Shown here piece after piece: positions 39,301 through 47,509 of a DNA stretch of 56,391 nucleotides. Origin of the DNA: a virus. Its lineage: Duplodnaviria > Caudoviricetes. The stretch spans positions 1 to 56,391 of IMG/VR virus record IMGVR_UViG_3300011271_000006; one strand, given 5' to 3'. The notes under the pieces were generated by a model that saw nothing but the letters and a program-made list of their open reading frames with translations, had not been told where the DNA came from and did not search any database. Both the position numbers and the translations under genes were made by a program. The number at the start of each line of letters is the position of its first letter. Positions within the stretch are counted from its first letter, which is position 1.

Positions 39301-39706
39301 CTTGTGGTATTGAACCTTTAATTATTATGTGTAGACCTTTACCAGAAGGTGAGATTTCAGACCAACTATCGAATTCTTTATATATTTTTAATTGTCGATC
39401 TAGCGCAACATTATCACCTTCCGTATCATCCAAATCAATAAATGTATAAGGGTCGCTATCAGTAAACACAAAACCAATCCCGCTATAACCATTGGATAGA
39501 TTATTAAGCACATTATCAAAACTAGACCAAGTGTCAGGATCACTAACACTCGCGAGCATATGCCTGATTGAATAAGGAACCTTCGTAGGCTTGGAAGCTC
39601 CAATATCTTCATTTTTCCACAGCACCCACTGATTTAATGCTTTCAATTCATCGGGAATATTGTTAAGAGATTTGCGCAATTCTTTTAGAATGTCGAAATA
39701 AGACAC
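36374..39706 (-). CDS. Primase-polymerase (NrS-1-like AEP) fused to a helicase, intein-containing
   Basis: IPDELK...QWVLW, FIDLDD, EISPSGKGLHII and SQSEAD motifs; P-loop AQTG/TGKE interrupted by an intein. Confidence 0.88.
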   Translation of the reverse strand: MSYFDILKELRKSLNNIPDELKALNQWVLWKNEDIGASKPTKVPYSIRHMLASVSDPDTWSSFDNVLNNLSNGYSGIGFVFTDSDPYTFIDLDDTEGDNVALDRQLKIYKEFDSWSEISPSGKGLHIIIKGSIPQGRRRSYIEIYSSSRYAAFTGQVYNNKPIVDRQHILTQLYEQMGSGGIATNVYRGSNKEKQTDEQIIEQASNAANGDKFKNLYSGKWQSLYPSQSEADFAFIDIVAFYTQNRNQIIRIFHKSSLGTRDKAKRKDYLIWMINKSFDRMLPPIDFDGFKIALEDKLKNQEKKVLKQHSTIHSRLNDVPLQIPPGLLGEIAQFIYAAAPRPVPEIALAAAIGLMAGVCGRAYNISGTGLNQYVLLLAQTGCHTRGTKILMYDGSTKNVEDIQINELIMGYDSSSRQVLNLARGKEQMVKIIPTKGQEFIVNINHILSLVDTITRKRTNIRVCDWINKNHEFKHRNKLERKAVNFTQSNHLPIDPWFLGAMIGDGQFGPRIALTSQDESIRNKAKNIIKFHFDMKVVTTQVSGNKSFQDNYIKNPYSAVYYGRQSQLQIAIQNLNLWLKKAENKFIPLIYKTASRFDRMAILAGLLDTDGNLTNGNTYDYISKSKQLAEDVVFIARSLGYAAYVKSCEKLSQNGTGGTYYRVSISGNTSELPLVLEYKKSKARQQKKDVLVTGFKIELLSDSEYFGFTLDGDHLYLTADFTVHHNTGKEAMASGIDRLMNTIRLQVPTSIGFIGPSEIASGQALIKHLNKVSQCFVSILGEFGLRLEALANPHSNSAEKALKRMLLDLYHKSGFGQSFRPTIYADRDKNIDVTVSPSFTILAESTPSTFYGALNEDMIADGLLPRFLIVEYEGARPALSHTHLEAQPSFSLIEKFASLAANCEMIMYNKRVINIASSKDAEELLKKFDKFADDQINATQKEVLRQLWNRAHMKVLKLSALIAIGVNMSDPIVLPEYVQWSINMVQNDIRALSGKFDRGEIGKSSSESKQTEEVIRVIRDYFNIGWERASSYGVERNIYESKIIPYAYLSRRLIASSAFRLDRLGSTMALKRTLQNMIDGDVIREINKVELSAKHGTTQRAFFLRKMELLS
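37532..38563 (-). mobile_element. Intein with LAGLIDADG endonuclease (344 aa)
   Basis: Starts CHTRGTKILMYDG, ends FTVHHN followed by Thr; internal LGAMIGDG and LAGLLDTDG. Confidence 0.95.
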
Positions 39707-39731
39707 TTCGCACTTGCCCTCAAAAGATAGA

Positions 39732-39905
39732 TTAATTCAAGCCTTCGAGATTTGCTTGATTATTTAATGCTATTCTTATTATTTGAGATATAGAAATGCG
39801 TTTCTTTAATCTTTGTTCGAAGCTTGATCGAAGCTTGATTAATAGTTCATTATCTTCTTGAGATAGGGCGATGCTGATGCGATGCTCTTTACCATTTGTG
39901 GGCAT
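39732..39905 (-). CDS. Small ribbon-helix-helix-like regulator
   Basis: RISIALSQED..LL..L.......ISISQIIRIAL; likely start MPTNG. Confidence 0.55.
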   Translation of the reverse strand: MPTNGKEHRISIALSQEDNELLIKLRSSFEQRLKKRISISQIIRIALNNQANLEGLN

Positions 39906-39990
39906 ATTTTTATTCGCCTTTAAGTTGAAAAATGAGTGAGGGTTGCCTAGCTGGCACAAAAATAATTAAATCGTCAAGTAGTGAACTCGC

Positions 39991-40019
39991 TTGACTTGAA
40001 AATTTTAGGTAGGTAGACT
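39991..40019 (+). promoter_or_regulatory. Sigma70-type promoter for the replication operon
   Basis: TTGACT-17 nt-TAGACT at the strand divergence point. Confidence 0.6.
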
Positions 40020-40204
40020 TGTGATTGTCTTAATGGTGATATTCAAATGTATATTTATCCTCTTTATAATATTGAACCTAGCGGTTTACCAAAACAAAAT
40101 GTTTATGTTGATTTTGAAGATCATACAATTATTTGGTTTGCAGAAACAGGTGAAGTAAAAACATTTTGTAATAACTATACAACTTATGAAGTTAAAAATT
40201 ATAG

Positions 40205-40438
40205 TTGGGAATTAAATATATGAATAATAAAATTGTTGAAATGGTTCCTACCAAAACTGATTATGAAACAGCTAAAGAAATAAAAGAAGAAGTGATTAAG
40301 CTCTATGAACCACTTCTCAAGCTATTAGCTGATGCTAATCGCAAAGGCTTTCAAGTACAAGTTGGCTGTGGTTTAGGTCCATTAGGTAATTATGTTATTC
40401 AACAGCTTCAAATAGTGAAAGTATTTAAGGATGAATAA
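40205..40438 (+). CDS. Hypothetical protein
   Basis: 77-aa ORF. Confidence 0.55.
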   Translation: MGIKYMNNKIVEMVPTKTDYETAKEIKEEVIKLYEPLLKLLADANRKGFQVQVGCGLGPLGNYVIQQLQIVKVFKDE

Positions 40439-40600
40439 TAATGGCTTTTGAATTTGATATAGCTGTTAACGATAGTAAATGGAAGCGAGTAAATCGCCGT
40501 ATGATAAATTGGCAAGAGAAAAGAAAGTAATAGATAACTTCCTAGATTTATATGGTCCCTTAAGTAAAAACAAATCTATCTATTCGAATTCATAAGGTAA

Positions 40601-41167
40601 TTGAAAATGACTAATAAATTTGAAACATGGGGAGTTAGTCATAAGGATAACTTTTGGTCCTCAACTCCTGCTTGGCCTAATCGTCAAAACTTATCTGTTC
40701 CTATTCCTTCGCCTGATCCTATGACACTTTATGACGCTATGTCACGTGATGAAGTGCTAATTGAATGGGACCAGCGCAAGCGACAATTGGAGAAGGCTAA
40801 AGAAGCGGAAATGGAAATGCGCCAGTACATAGTCAAGCGTGCATTCCCTGATCCAAAAGAAGGAGTAAACCGAGTTGAGCTTGGTAATGGTTATGAATTA
40901 AAAGCAACTGTTAAATATCATTATAATCTCGATAGTGATCTTGACAAGGTTGAAGCAGCGTTAGAAGCCATTGAAAAAGTTGGTAATATTGGACCTTTTA
41001 TGGCCGAAAGGCTTGTAAAATTCGAGGCAAAATTTCTATTGACAGAATACAGAAAATTATGTGACCCTCTTGCGGGGGAAGATGAGAAAAAAATTAAGAA
41101 AATAATTGATAGCGTTCTTACAATAATAGATGCTTCTCCTACATTAGAAATTAAAAAACCAAAGTGA
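40601..41167 (+). CDS. Conserved phage replication-region protein
   Basis: KEAEME.R..IV...F..PKEG.N..ELGNGY.LK...K..Y; C-terminal LTI.DA.PTLEI. Confidence 0.7.
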   Translation: MKMTNKFETWGVSHKDNFWSSTPAWPNRQNLSVPIPSPDPMTLYDAMSRDEVLIEWDQRKRQLEKAKEAEMEMRQYIVKRAFPDPKEGVNRVELGNGYELKATVKYHYNLDSDLDKVEAALEAIEKVGNIGPFMAERLVKFEAKFLLTEYRKLCDPLAGEDEKKIKKIIDSVLTIIDASPTLEIKKPK

Positions 41168-41850
41168 GAATATCTGGTATATATACTATTTTAAATATAG
41201 TAAATAATAAACTATATATTGGAAGCGCTATATATATTAAAGCTCGAATTAATGGACATAAAACAGAGTTAAATCAAAAAAGACATGGTAATTCATATCT
41301 TCAAGCAGCATGGAATAAATATGGAGCTAATAATTTCTTTTTTATTATCTTAGAAACTATTGAAGATAAAACAAAATTAACTGAAAGAGAACAATATTAT
41401 ATAGATGTGTTTTCATCAAATAATAGAAAAATTGGATATAATTTAAGACCTTTTGCAAATAATAACATAGGTGTTAAACATTCAGAACAAACTAAACTAA
41501 AACTGTCAAAAATTAGTAGAGGAAGAAAACTTACAGAAGAAGCTAAAATTAAATTATCCTTGGCTATAAAAGGAATAAAAAAATCTTCAACTATAAATAT
41601 GCGCAAACCTAAATCAGAAGATCATAAAAGAAAATTATCATTAATTCGTCAGGGAACGAAACTTTCAGAAGAAACTAAGATTAAAATAGGTAATAGTGGG
41701 CGAGATAAAAGTAAGTGGCCATGTGAAGATGGTAACAAATGTAAATGCGAAAAATGTAAAGCAAAAAGAAACGAGTATTATAGAAATAAATATCCGTTAT
41801 ATAGAAATAATCTTATAGGAAGTAGATTAAGAAATGAAGAAGGTGATTGA
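41164..41850 (+). mobile_element. GIY-YIG homing endonuclease with NUMOD3 repeats
   Basis: SGIY.I.N..N.K.YIGSA...K.R, REQYYID, GYN, HSEQTK.K.S / LSEETK.KI repeats. Confidence 0.92.
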
Positions 41851-41920
41851 TAGTGTGCTTACGATTACTGATGCTGTTCCAACATTAGCGATTATAGAGC
41901 CAAAGGTGAAAAAGAAATGA
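41834..41920 (+). pseudogene. Displaced duplicate 3' end of the 40601-41167 gene (28-aa mini-ORF)
   Basis: MKKVIDSVLTITDAVPTLAIIEPKVKKK versus KKIIDSVLTIIDASPTLEIKKPK at 41096-41167. Confidence 0.85.
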
Positions 41921-42138
41921 ATGAAGGTAAATCATTAGATTACATAAAAGGATGGCAAGATGCTGTGAATTTTGGTAAGCATCCTAAAATTTTAGCTATA
42001 GAAGAAGTTGATGATTTATTAAAAAAGTGTGAAATAGGAATTATTCAAGGGCCTTCTAATTCTTCATGTGATATGATAGTTCCTGCTGAAGCATTACACG
42101 AATTATTAATGTTATGGAAAATAGTTAGATTAAAATGA
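41917..42138 (+). CDS. Hypothetical protein
   Basis: 73 aa; ATGA coupling. Confidence 0.55.
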   Translation: MNEGKSLDYIKGWQDAVNFGKHPKILAIEEVDDLLKKCEIGIIQGPSNSSCDMIVPAEALHELLMLWKIVRLK

Positions 42139-42187
42139 AGAAGCAAAAATTTCATGGTGAATTTGCTTATTCTGAAAAGGATAAGCT

Positions 42188-42880
42188 ATGAACATGAACG
42201 ATTTAAGACCTGCTAAAGATTTTGCTTGTAGATTTGGTGTTAAATGCATTATCTATGGCCCACCAGGATCAGGCAAAACGCCTCTAATCAATACTGCTCC
42301 TAGACCTGTTCTATTAGTTACTGAACCTGGAATGCTTTCTATGCGTAATTCTACTGTTCCAACATTTCAAGCTTTTAGTGGTAAGCTTATTGATGACTTT
42401 TTCACTTGGTTCTTTACCTCTGCTGAGAGCAAAAATTTTGATACAATCGCTATTGACAGTATTAGTCAATTAGCTGATGTTTATTTGCAAGAAGCTTTAA
42501 AGGGCATTAGCAAAAGTGGTCAGAAGAAACATGGTTTAGCGGCATATGGTGAAATGGCTACGAATGCACTTGAACACTTAAATGCTCTTTATTTTACTCA
42601 ACATAAGCATACTTACTTAGTAGCCAAGCAAGAAATCATAAGCGAGAATGGCTTAACTTTGAAACGTCCTTATTTTCCAGGTAAGCAACTCCCCGTCGAA
42701 ATGCCACATAAGTATGATGAAATCTTACAACTTGATATTCAAAATATACCTGGATATGGTCAATATAAAGCTTTTCGTTGCATAGGTTCAATTGATTGTA
42801 CTGCTCGTGATAGAACCGGAATGTTGAATGAATTTGAACCTCCTGACTTCAGCGCATTAGTGAAAAAGGCAATGCAATAA
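42188..42880 (+). CDS. AAA_24 / Sak4-like ATPase (recombinase)
   Basis: IYGPPGSGKT, EPG..S, DTIAIDSIS, ARDRTG.L..FE motifs. Confidence 0.85.
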   Translation: MNMNDLRPAKDFACRFGVKCIIYGPPGSGKTPLINTAPRPVLLVTEPGMLSMRNSTVPTFQAFSGKLIDDFFTWFFTSAESKNFDTIAIDSISQLADVYLQEALKGISKSGQKKHGLAAYGEMATNALEHLNALYFTQHKHTYLVAKQEIISENGLTLKRPYFPGKQLPVEMPHKYDEILQLDIQNIPGYGQYKAFRCIGSIDCTARDRTGMLNEFEPPDFSALVKKAMQ

Positions 42881-43056
42881 TGCCTAAGTCTGAACTATTT
42901 GATTTAGCTGCTAAGAAAGTTGGTGAAACGAATAAAGCTTTTCGCTTATTCGATGGCGTTAAGACTGAATGGGTTCCTAAATCACAAGTTGAAGATAATG
43001 GCGATGGAACGTTTACAATGCCAGAATGGTTAGCAGTTGAAAAGGGTTTTGTATGA
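42880..43056 (+). CDS. Small conserved phage protein, 58 aa, not in the ORF track
   Basis: MPKSELFDLAAKKVGETNKAFRLFDGVKTEWVPKSQVEDNGDGTFTMPEWLAVEKGFV; coupled at both ends. Confidence 0.75.
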   Translation: MPKSELFDLAAKKVGETNKAFRLFDGVKTEWVPKSQVEDNGDGTFTMPEWLAVEKGFV

Positions 43057-43397
43057 CCGCTACTAAATTAAACGTATCAATAGCTACTTTCAATGAAATA
43101 GCTAATGCTTTGGAGCAAAAAGGTCTGAAGCTTTCCAAAGATGACACAATCATCTTAGGAAAAGATATCAGCTTACAACCTCCTATTGACTATCGTTTAG
43201 TTACTATTCGACGTGATTGTGTAACTGAAGCAGCTAAGGTTTCTGATGGTTCAGGGGATTTTATTGAATTAGTTGATAAAATATATCAATTTGTATTATA
43301 CGGTAAGAAAGAAGATAAGTTAATAGAAAAGGCTAGTTCAATACTTAAACAAGATAATAAATTTGTTATAAGAGAAATGAAAGAAGGATGGAAATAA
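43053..43397 (+). CDS. Hypothetical protein
   Basis: 114 aa, coupled. Confidence 0.6.
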   Translation: MTATKLNVSIATFNEIANALEQKGLKLSKDDTIILGKDISLQPPIDYRLVTIRRDCVTEAAKVSDGSGDFIELVDKIYQFVLYGKKEDKLIEKASSILKQDNKFVIREMKEGWK

Positions 43398-43598
43398 ATG
43401 AGCGAGAATAAAGGTTGGGTTGATGATAATGAAATTAAAGATACTGATGTAACTAAAGAACTTATTGATAAGATAGCAACTAAGAAACATCGACAAGAAT
43501 TAAAAATACAATGCCTTTCAATAGCTCATCAACCTGATAAAACACCAGAACAAGTTGTTGAAAGAGCTAAAGCTTATTATAACTTTGTGAGGACATAA
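43398..43598 (+). CDS. Hypothetical protein
   Basis: 66 aa, coupled. Confidence 0.6.
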   Translation: MSENKGWVDDNEIKDTDVTKELIDKIATKKHRQELKIQCLSIAHQPDKTPEQVVERAKAYYNFVRT

Positions 43599-43843
43599 TG
43601 CATACTTCAACCTTTGAATATTTAATGCCAACAGATAAACAAAAAGACGGAATGGCTCGTGTAAGAGCCGCAGCTAAAGCCTTCAGTGATGTATTAGAAA
43701 AAGAATTACCGGAAGGGCCAGATAAGACATTCTGCATTCGAGCCCATCGCTCTAATACAATGTGGGCAAATGTAGCTATTACTCGTTTGCCTGATGGTAC
43801 ACCACGACCTGATAACGAGCTTCCTAAAGCTTTAACAGACTAA
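43598..43843 (+). CDS. Acb2/Tad1-like helical hairpin protein (candidate immune-signal sponge)
   Basis: FEY..PT..Q...M..VR.AAK.F...L...LPEG.DK....R......MWAN.AI. Confidence 0.6.
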   Translation: MHTSTFEYLMPTDKQKDGMARVRAAAKAFSDVLEKELPEGPDKTFCIRAHRSNTMWANVAITRLPDGTPRPDNELPKALTD

Positions 43844-43867
43844 TCCAAATCAGAAAGGAAACTATTA

Positions 43868-44434
43868 ATGTGCCCATATGAAGCCAGTTTTGATGCCTCA
43901 CAGTTTACTCCTAGTCAAGCGCAAGGTGCACATCCTGCTGGTGTCTTTGATGCTACTATTTCGAATACCTTAATCAAGCCAACTAAGGCTGCAGATGGTG
44001 GATTGTTTGAGGTTGAATTCAGCACTAACAGCGGAAGGATTTCTAATCGTTATAATCTTTGGAACCCTTCGCCTCAAGCCGTCGAAATTGCCCACAAAGA
44101 ACTTTCAGCTTTATGCTATGCTACTGGCATTTTCAAGCTTGATTTTCGTAACGATGGCGCTGCACTTCGCAACGCTCGTTGTAAGATCGAAGTGGCTAAG
44201 CAAGCCAACAGCGAATATATGGAAGTCAAACGAGTGTTGGATATGAATGGTAATGAACCGGGGCGCGCGCCAGCGCCAGCGTCTGTTCCTATGACGCGGG
44301 ACGCTAATGGCGGATGGGGAGCACAAACCGAACCAGCAAAGCCCGCAGCGCTAGCAGGATGGAGTTCAACACAAGCACAACCTCAGTCTAATCCTCCTGC
44401 TAATCCCAATGCTCCGCCTTGGGCTCAGAGATAA
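43868..44434 (+). CDS. DUF669-like single-stranded DNA-binding protein
   Basis: PAG.F.A.I......PTK...G, YNLWN....AVEIA..EL..LC.A.G, low-complexity tail ending PPW. Confidence 0.8.
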   Translation: MCPYEASFDASQFTPSQAQGAHPAGVFDATISNTLIKPTKAADGGLFEVEFSTNSGRISNRYNLWNPSPQAVEIAHKELSALCYATGIFKLDFRNDGAALRNARCKIEVAKQANSEYMEVKRVLDMNGNEPGRAPAPASVPMTRDANGGWGAQTEPAKPAALAGWSSTQAQPQSNPPANPNAPPWAQR

Positions 44435-44452
44435 CTTAACAATCCATTCGTT

Positions 44453-44493
44453 TGATAGCCAATAATTACTCCCCTTTATTGGCTATCATTTTT
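44453..44493 (+). terminator. Intrinsic terminator after SSB
   Basis: tgatagccaataa / ttattggctatca 13-bp stem followed by TTTTT. Confidence 0.75.
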
Positions 44494-44758
44494 GAGGAAT
44501 AAAGTAATGAGCCAACTTGCAGACTGGAAGTCTCATAAAATCATCAAAGCTGGAAAAATCTTAGCGTTCCCTCCTAGCTTTAACGGTCCTATAACTGTCG
44601 AGGATGTTAATGGCGCGGAATGCAAGATTGACATGCCACCGAATGCTTTCGTGCGAGGACGACCTAATTTAGGCGATTACATCGTGATTTATGATGACGG
44701 CTATAAATCATGGTCTCCTGCTAAAGCTTTTGAAGAAGGTTATACAAAAATTAAGTAA
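44492..44758 (+). CDS. Small conserved phage protein (DGY.SWSP..FE.GY family)
   Basis: SHK...A.KI and GDY.V.YDDGYKSWSPAKAFEEGY. Confidence 0.7.
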   Translation: MRNKVMSQLADWKSHKIIKAGKILAFPPSFNGPITVEDVNGAECKIDMPPNAFVRGRPNLGDYIVIYDDGYKSWSPAKAFEEGYTKIK

Positions 44759-45185
44759 AATACCAATGAAAGGGAAACGTATTATGATTGAAGACACAAA
44801 CATTGAACGTCCTGAAATTTTTGCTCCACCTAATCATGCTGCGCGAGTTGAGCAAGCTACTAAATTAACTGCTCAAACTATTCGTAATGCTTGTGATGCT
44901 GCTGGTGAAACTGTTTTAGCATTAGTGACAGAAGCAGAACAAAATTTAGCTTGTGTTCGTGTAGATGCTGAAAAATTTGTAGCTACCTTCAAAGATATTG
45001 GTGGTCAATATGCTGATAGAATTGAAGTAGCTTTATCAACTGTAACTGATACGATGATAGCTATTAAGAAACAACATGATTTAGTTACTAAAATGTTAGA
45101 TATAAAACATGTTGATGAAGAAGCAAAGAAACGTGGTATTAAAGCAGTTGAGGATGCAGTTGAGCAGGTTAAGGCTGCTCAATGA
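44691..45185 (+). CDS. Hypothetical helical protein
   Basis: Coiled-coil-like; the true start is probably near 44766-44783. Confidence 0.55.
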   Translation: MMTAINHGLLLKLLKKVIQKLSKIPMKGKRIMIEDTNIERPEIFAPPNHAARVEQATKLTAQTIRNACDAAGETVLALVTEAEQNLACVRVDAEKFVATFKDIGGQYADRIEVALSTVTDTMIAIKKQHDLVTKMLDIKHVDEEAKKRGIKAVEDAVEQVKAAQ

Positions 45186-45337
45186 TTTATCGATTAAGTT
45201 TTATAACAATTGTATTAATATGCTGGTTTAGTTTTATGCTACTGACCAACTGTTCACATTCTGAACGATTAGATAATAAGCCAGAATGTGAGATAAATTG
45301 TAAGCGATAAATTATCATTTATGATTAAGCAGCGGAC

Positions 45338-45496
45338 ATGGATGAACTCGAACGGCTGATTGAAAAAGTTGAAGGTCCACTACCTGTCCGCATGGAAGGC
45401 GGCGAAGAAATCTGGCGACTCGAATTAAACCGCGACGAACGGAATGTGCTTGCGGAAGCTCTGTACGTCGCGCTGTCCAAAGGAAAGCGGACATGA
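45338..45496 (+). CDS. Hypothetical protein, 52 aa, in a GC-rich patch
   Basis: MDELERLIEKVEGPLPVRMEGGEEIWRLELNRDERNVLAEALYVALSQGKRT; ATGA coupling to the next ORF. Confidence 0.5.
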   Translation: MDELERLIEKVEGPLPVRMEGGEEIWRLELNRDERNVLAEALYVALSKGKRT

Positions 45497-45640
45497 TGGG
45501 TATCTGGCCGGCTCCAAAAACACATGCTGAGTTCATGCGGCTATTCAACTGCTTCAATCGTTGGGTACTGGCGTTCACCGTTATAGATCAACCGCGCGCC
45601 GTCGCGCCGGAAGATTGGCCACCAAACTTTTGGTGGGAGT

Positions 45641-46054
45641 GTGCGTGCGGAAAATCGATCACTTCTGCTTAGTGGACCTTATCAAATGCGTGAAGGCGGC
45701 TATGACGAAATGACTATTGCCAATGGGCTCAAGAAGCTCGAAGGCAGTCTAGCGTTTGGGTGCAATGATAGTGCGGCTGATCTGGTCAGACGCGCGCGAG
45801 AGGAAATTGATCGGCTAGAGAGAATGAGTGCTCAGGCGTTCAGGATTGGTGTCAGCAATCAGGATCGCATTGTGGCACTCGAAGAGGCAATCCATCGAAC
45901 GCGAACACGGCTAGAAAGGTACTGCAATGAGGTAAACGCCGGCCGAATGCCAAGCGATGCGCGTGAATTCATGCGTCGCGTCCAACTTGGATTTGATTCG
46001 CTGATGGAAGAAGCGAACGCCATAACCAAAGCGACGTCACTCAAGGACGAATAG
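45641..46054 (+). CDS. Hypothetical protein in a GC-rich patch
   Basis: AADLVRRAREEIDRLE coiled coil; start uncertain. Confidence 0.55.
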   Translation: MRAENRSLLLSGPYQMREGGYDEMTIANGLKKLEGSLAFGCNDSAADLVRRAREEIDRLERMSAQAFRIGVSNQDRIVALEEAIHRTRTRLERYCNEVNAGRMPSDAREFMRRVQLGFDSLMEEANAITKATSLKDE

Positions 46055-46923
46055 TGATTAATCTATCTCTCAAAGACGATCGTAATACTTTAGCTGCTCG
46101 CATTAAAAGCGACATTAATGAATATTGCGAAAAAACATATAACGATGGTCATAGGGATCATCTTGGTGCTTCGATTATGGGCGAAGCTTGTAATCGTAAG
46201 CTTTGGTATACTTTTAGATGGGTGAAAGAAGAAATTCATGATGGTCGAATGCAGCGTTTGTTTCAAGTTGGTAAAGATGCTGAGCCTAGATTTATTAAGT
46301 ATCTCATGGATATAGGGTTTGAAGTAAAAGCAATAAATCCTGTATCTATAAATCAATTTCGCATTAGCTCTTGTAACGGACATTATGGTGGTTCATTAGA
46401 TGGAATGTGTAAAGCTCCTGCTCGATATGAAATCTCTGAAGATTTAATATTTCTAAATGAATTCAAAACTAATGGTACTGGTGCAGGATTTACTAATGTA
46501 GAAAAAGATGGTATATTCAAGAGCAAGCCTAAGCATTATGCTCAACTTTGCCAGTATGGATTTCATTATCAATTAAAATATGGTCTTTATATAATTGAGA
46601 ATAAAAATGATAGTGATTTGACTGTTGAGATAGTTCCTCTTGATTGGAATTTAGGAGCTCAATTAGAGAATAGAGCTAACCAAATTATTCAAAGTCAAAC
46701 ACCACCTGAACGCATCAGTGATCAACCAAGCTACCAGGAATGCAAATGGTGCCACTTTCAAAGTATATGTCATTTTGCTGAGGAAGTAGAAAAGAATTGT
46801 AGAAGCTGCAAGCAGGCTAAACCTGTTGAAAATGGTGAATGGTTTTGTTCAAGATTTAATGATAAGATACCTAAGGATTTTATTAAAAAAGGCTGCGAAT
46901 ATCATGCGACTATTAATATCTGA
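46054..46923 (+). CDS. PD-(D/E)XK Cas4-like exonuclease
   Basis: R.HLGAS..G..C.R.LWY.FRW, GSLDG, EFKT, HYAQ..Y, CKWC.F..IC. Confidence 0.88.
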   Translation: MINLSLKDDRNTLAARIKSDINEYCEKTYNDGHRDHLGASIMGEACNRKLWYTFRWVKEEIHDGRMQRLFQVGKDAEPRFIKYLMDIGFEVKAINPVSINQFRISSCNGHYGGSLDGMCKAPARYEISEDLIFLNEFKTNGTGAGFTNVEKDGIFKSKPKHYAQLCQYGFHYQLKYGLYIIENKNDSDLTVEIVPLDWNLGAQLENRANQIIQSQTPPERISDQPSYQECKWCHFQSICHFAEEVEKNCRSCKQAKPVENGEWFCSRFNDKIPKDFIKKGCEYHATINI

Positions 46924-47509
46924 TGGACTAACAATATCTCGTCAAGACGCACTAAAAAATAATTTATCTCGTTATAAGGGAGATAAATGTTTAAAAGGTC
47001 ACACAGGCATTAGATATACAAACAATGGAAATTGTGTTGAATGTAAAAGAGAAGAATATATTCCAACAGGAAGGAAAAGAGGAAAAGAAGCTGATCCCAA
47101 TAAGGAATTAGCTAGAAAAAATGGGGAAATATATTTTTATTCAGGCAAACCATGTAAAAGAGGACATTTAGCGAAAAGGCGAATGCAAAGCGGCTCATGT
47201 TACGAATGTGATCGTTTATGTTACAAATTAAAAGAAAAGGATTATGGCTTACGATCTAAATATAATATTACCTTAGAAGAATATAATAAAATGTTTTGGG
47301 AACAAAACGGTAAATGTGCTATATGTGATAACGAAGAAAGCATAATTGATCCAAAAACAAATAAAGCAAAAAAATTATCTGTTGATCATTGTCATGAAAC
47401 AGGAAGAATTCGCGGGTTGTTATGCGGTAATTGTAATAGAGGAATTGGATTACTAAATCATAATGTTAAATTGATTAAAAAAGCAGCCTTATACTGTGAG
47501 GCTGTATGA
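46826..47509 (+). mobile_element. Endonuclease VII-type HNH homing endonuclease
   Basis: KY.IT.EEY..M...Q.GKCAIC and LSVDHCH.TG.IRGLLC..CN.GIG; likely start MRLLISDG near 46904. Confidence 0.88.

Noticed and set aside
45182-45310. 42-aa ORF with a lipobox-like LTNC as an o-spanin
   Set aside because: It is far from the lysis cassette, in the replication operon, the lipobox is weak and there is no i-spanin partner
46826-47509. Target-gene duplication around the HNH endonuclease like the one at 41 kb
   Set aside because: No duplicated segment was seen; the gene simply overlaps both neighbours
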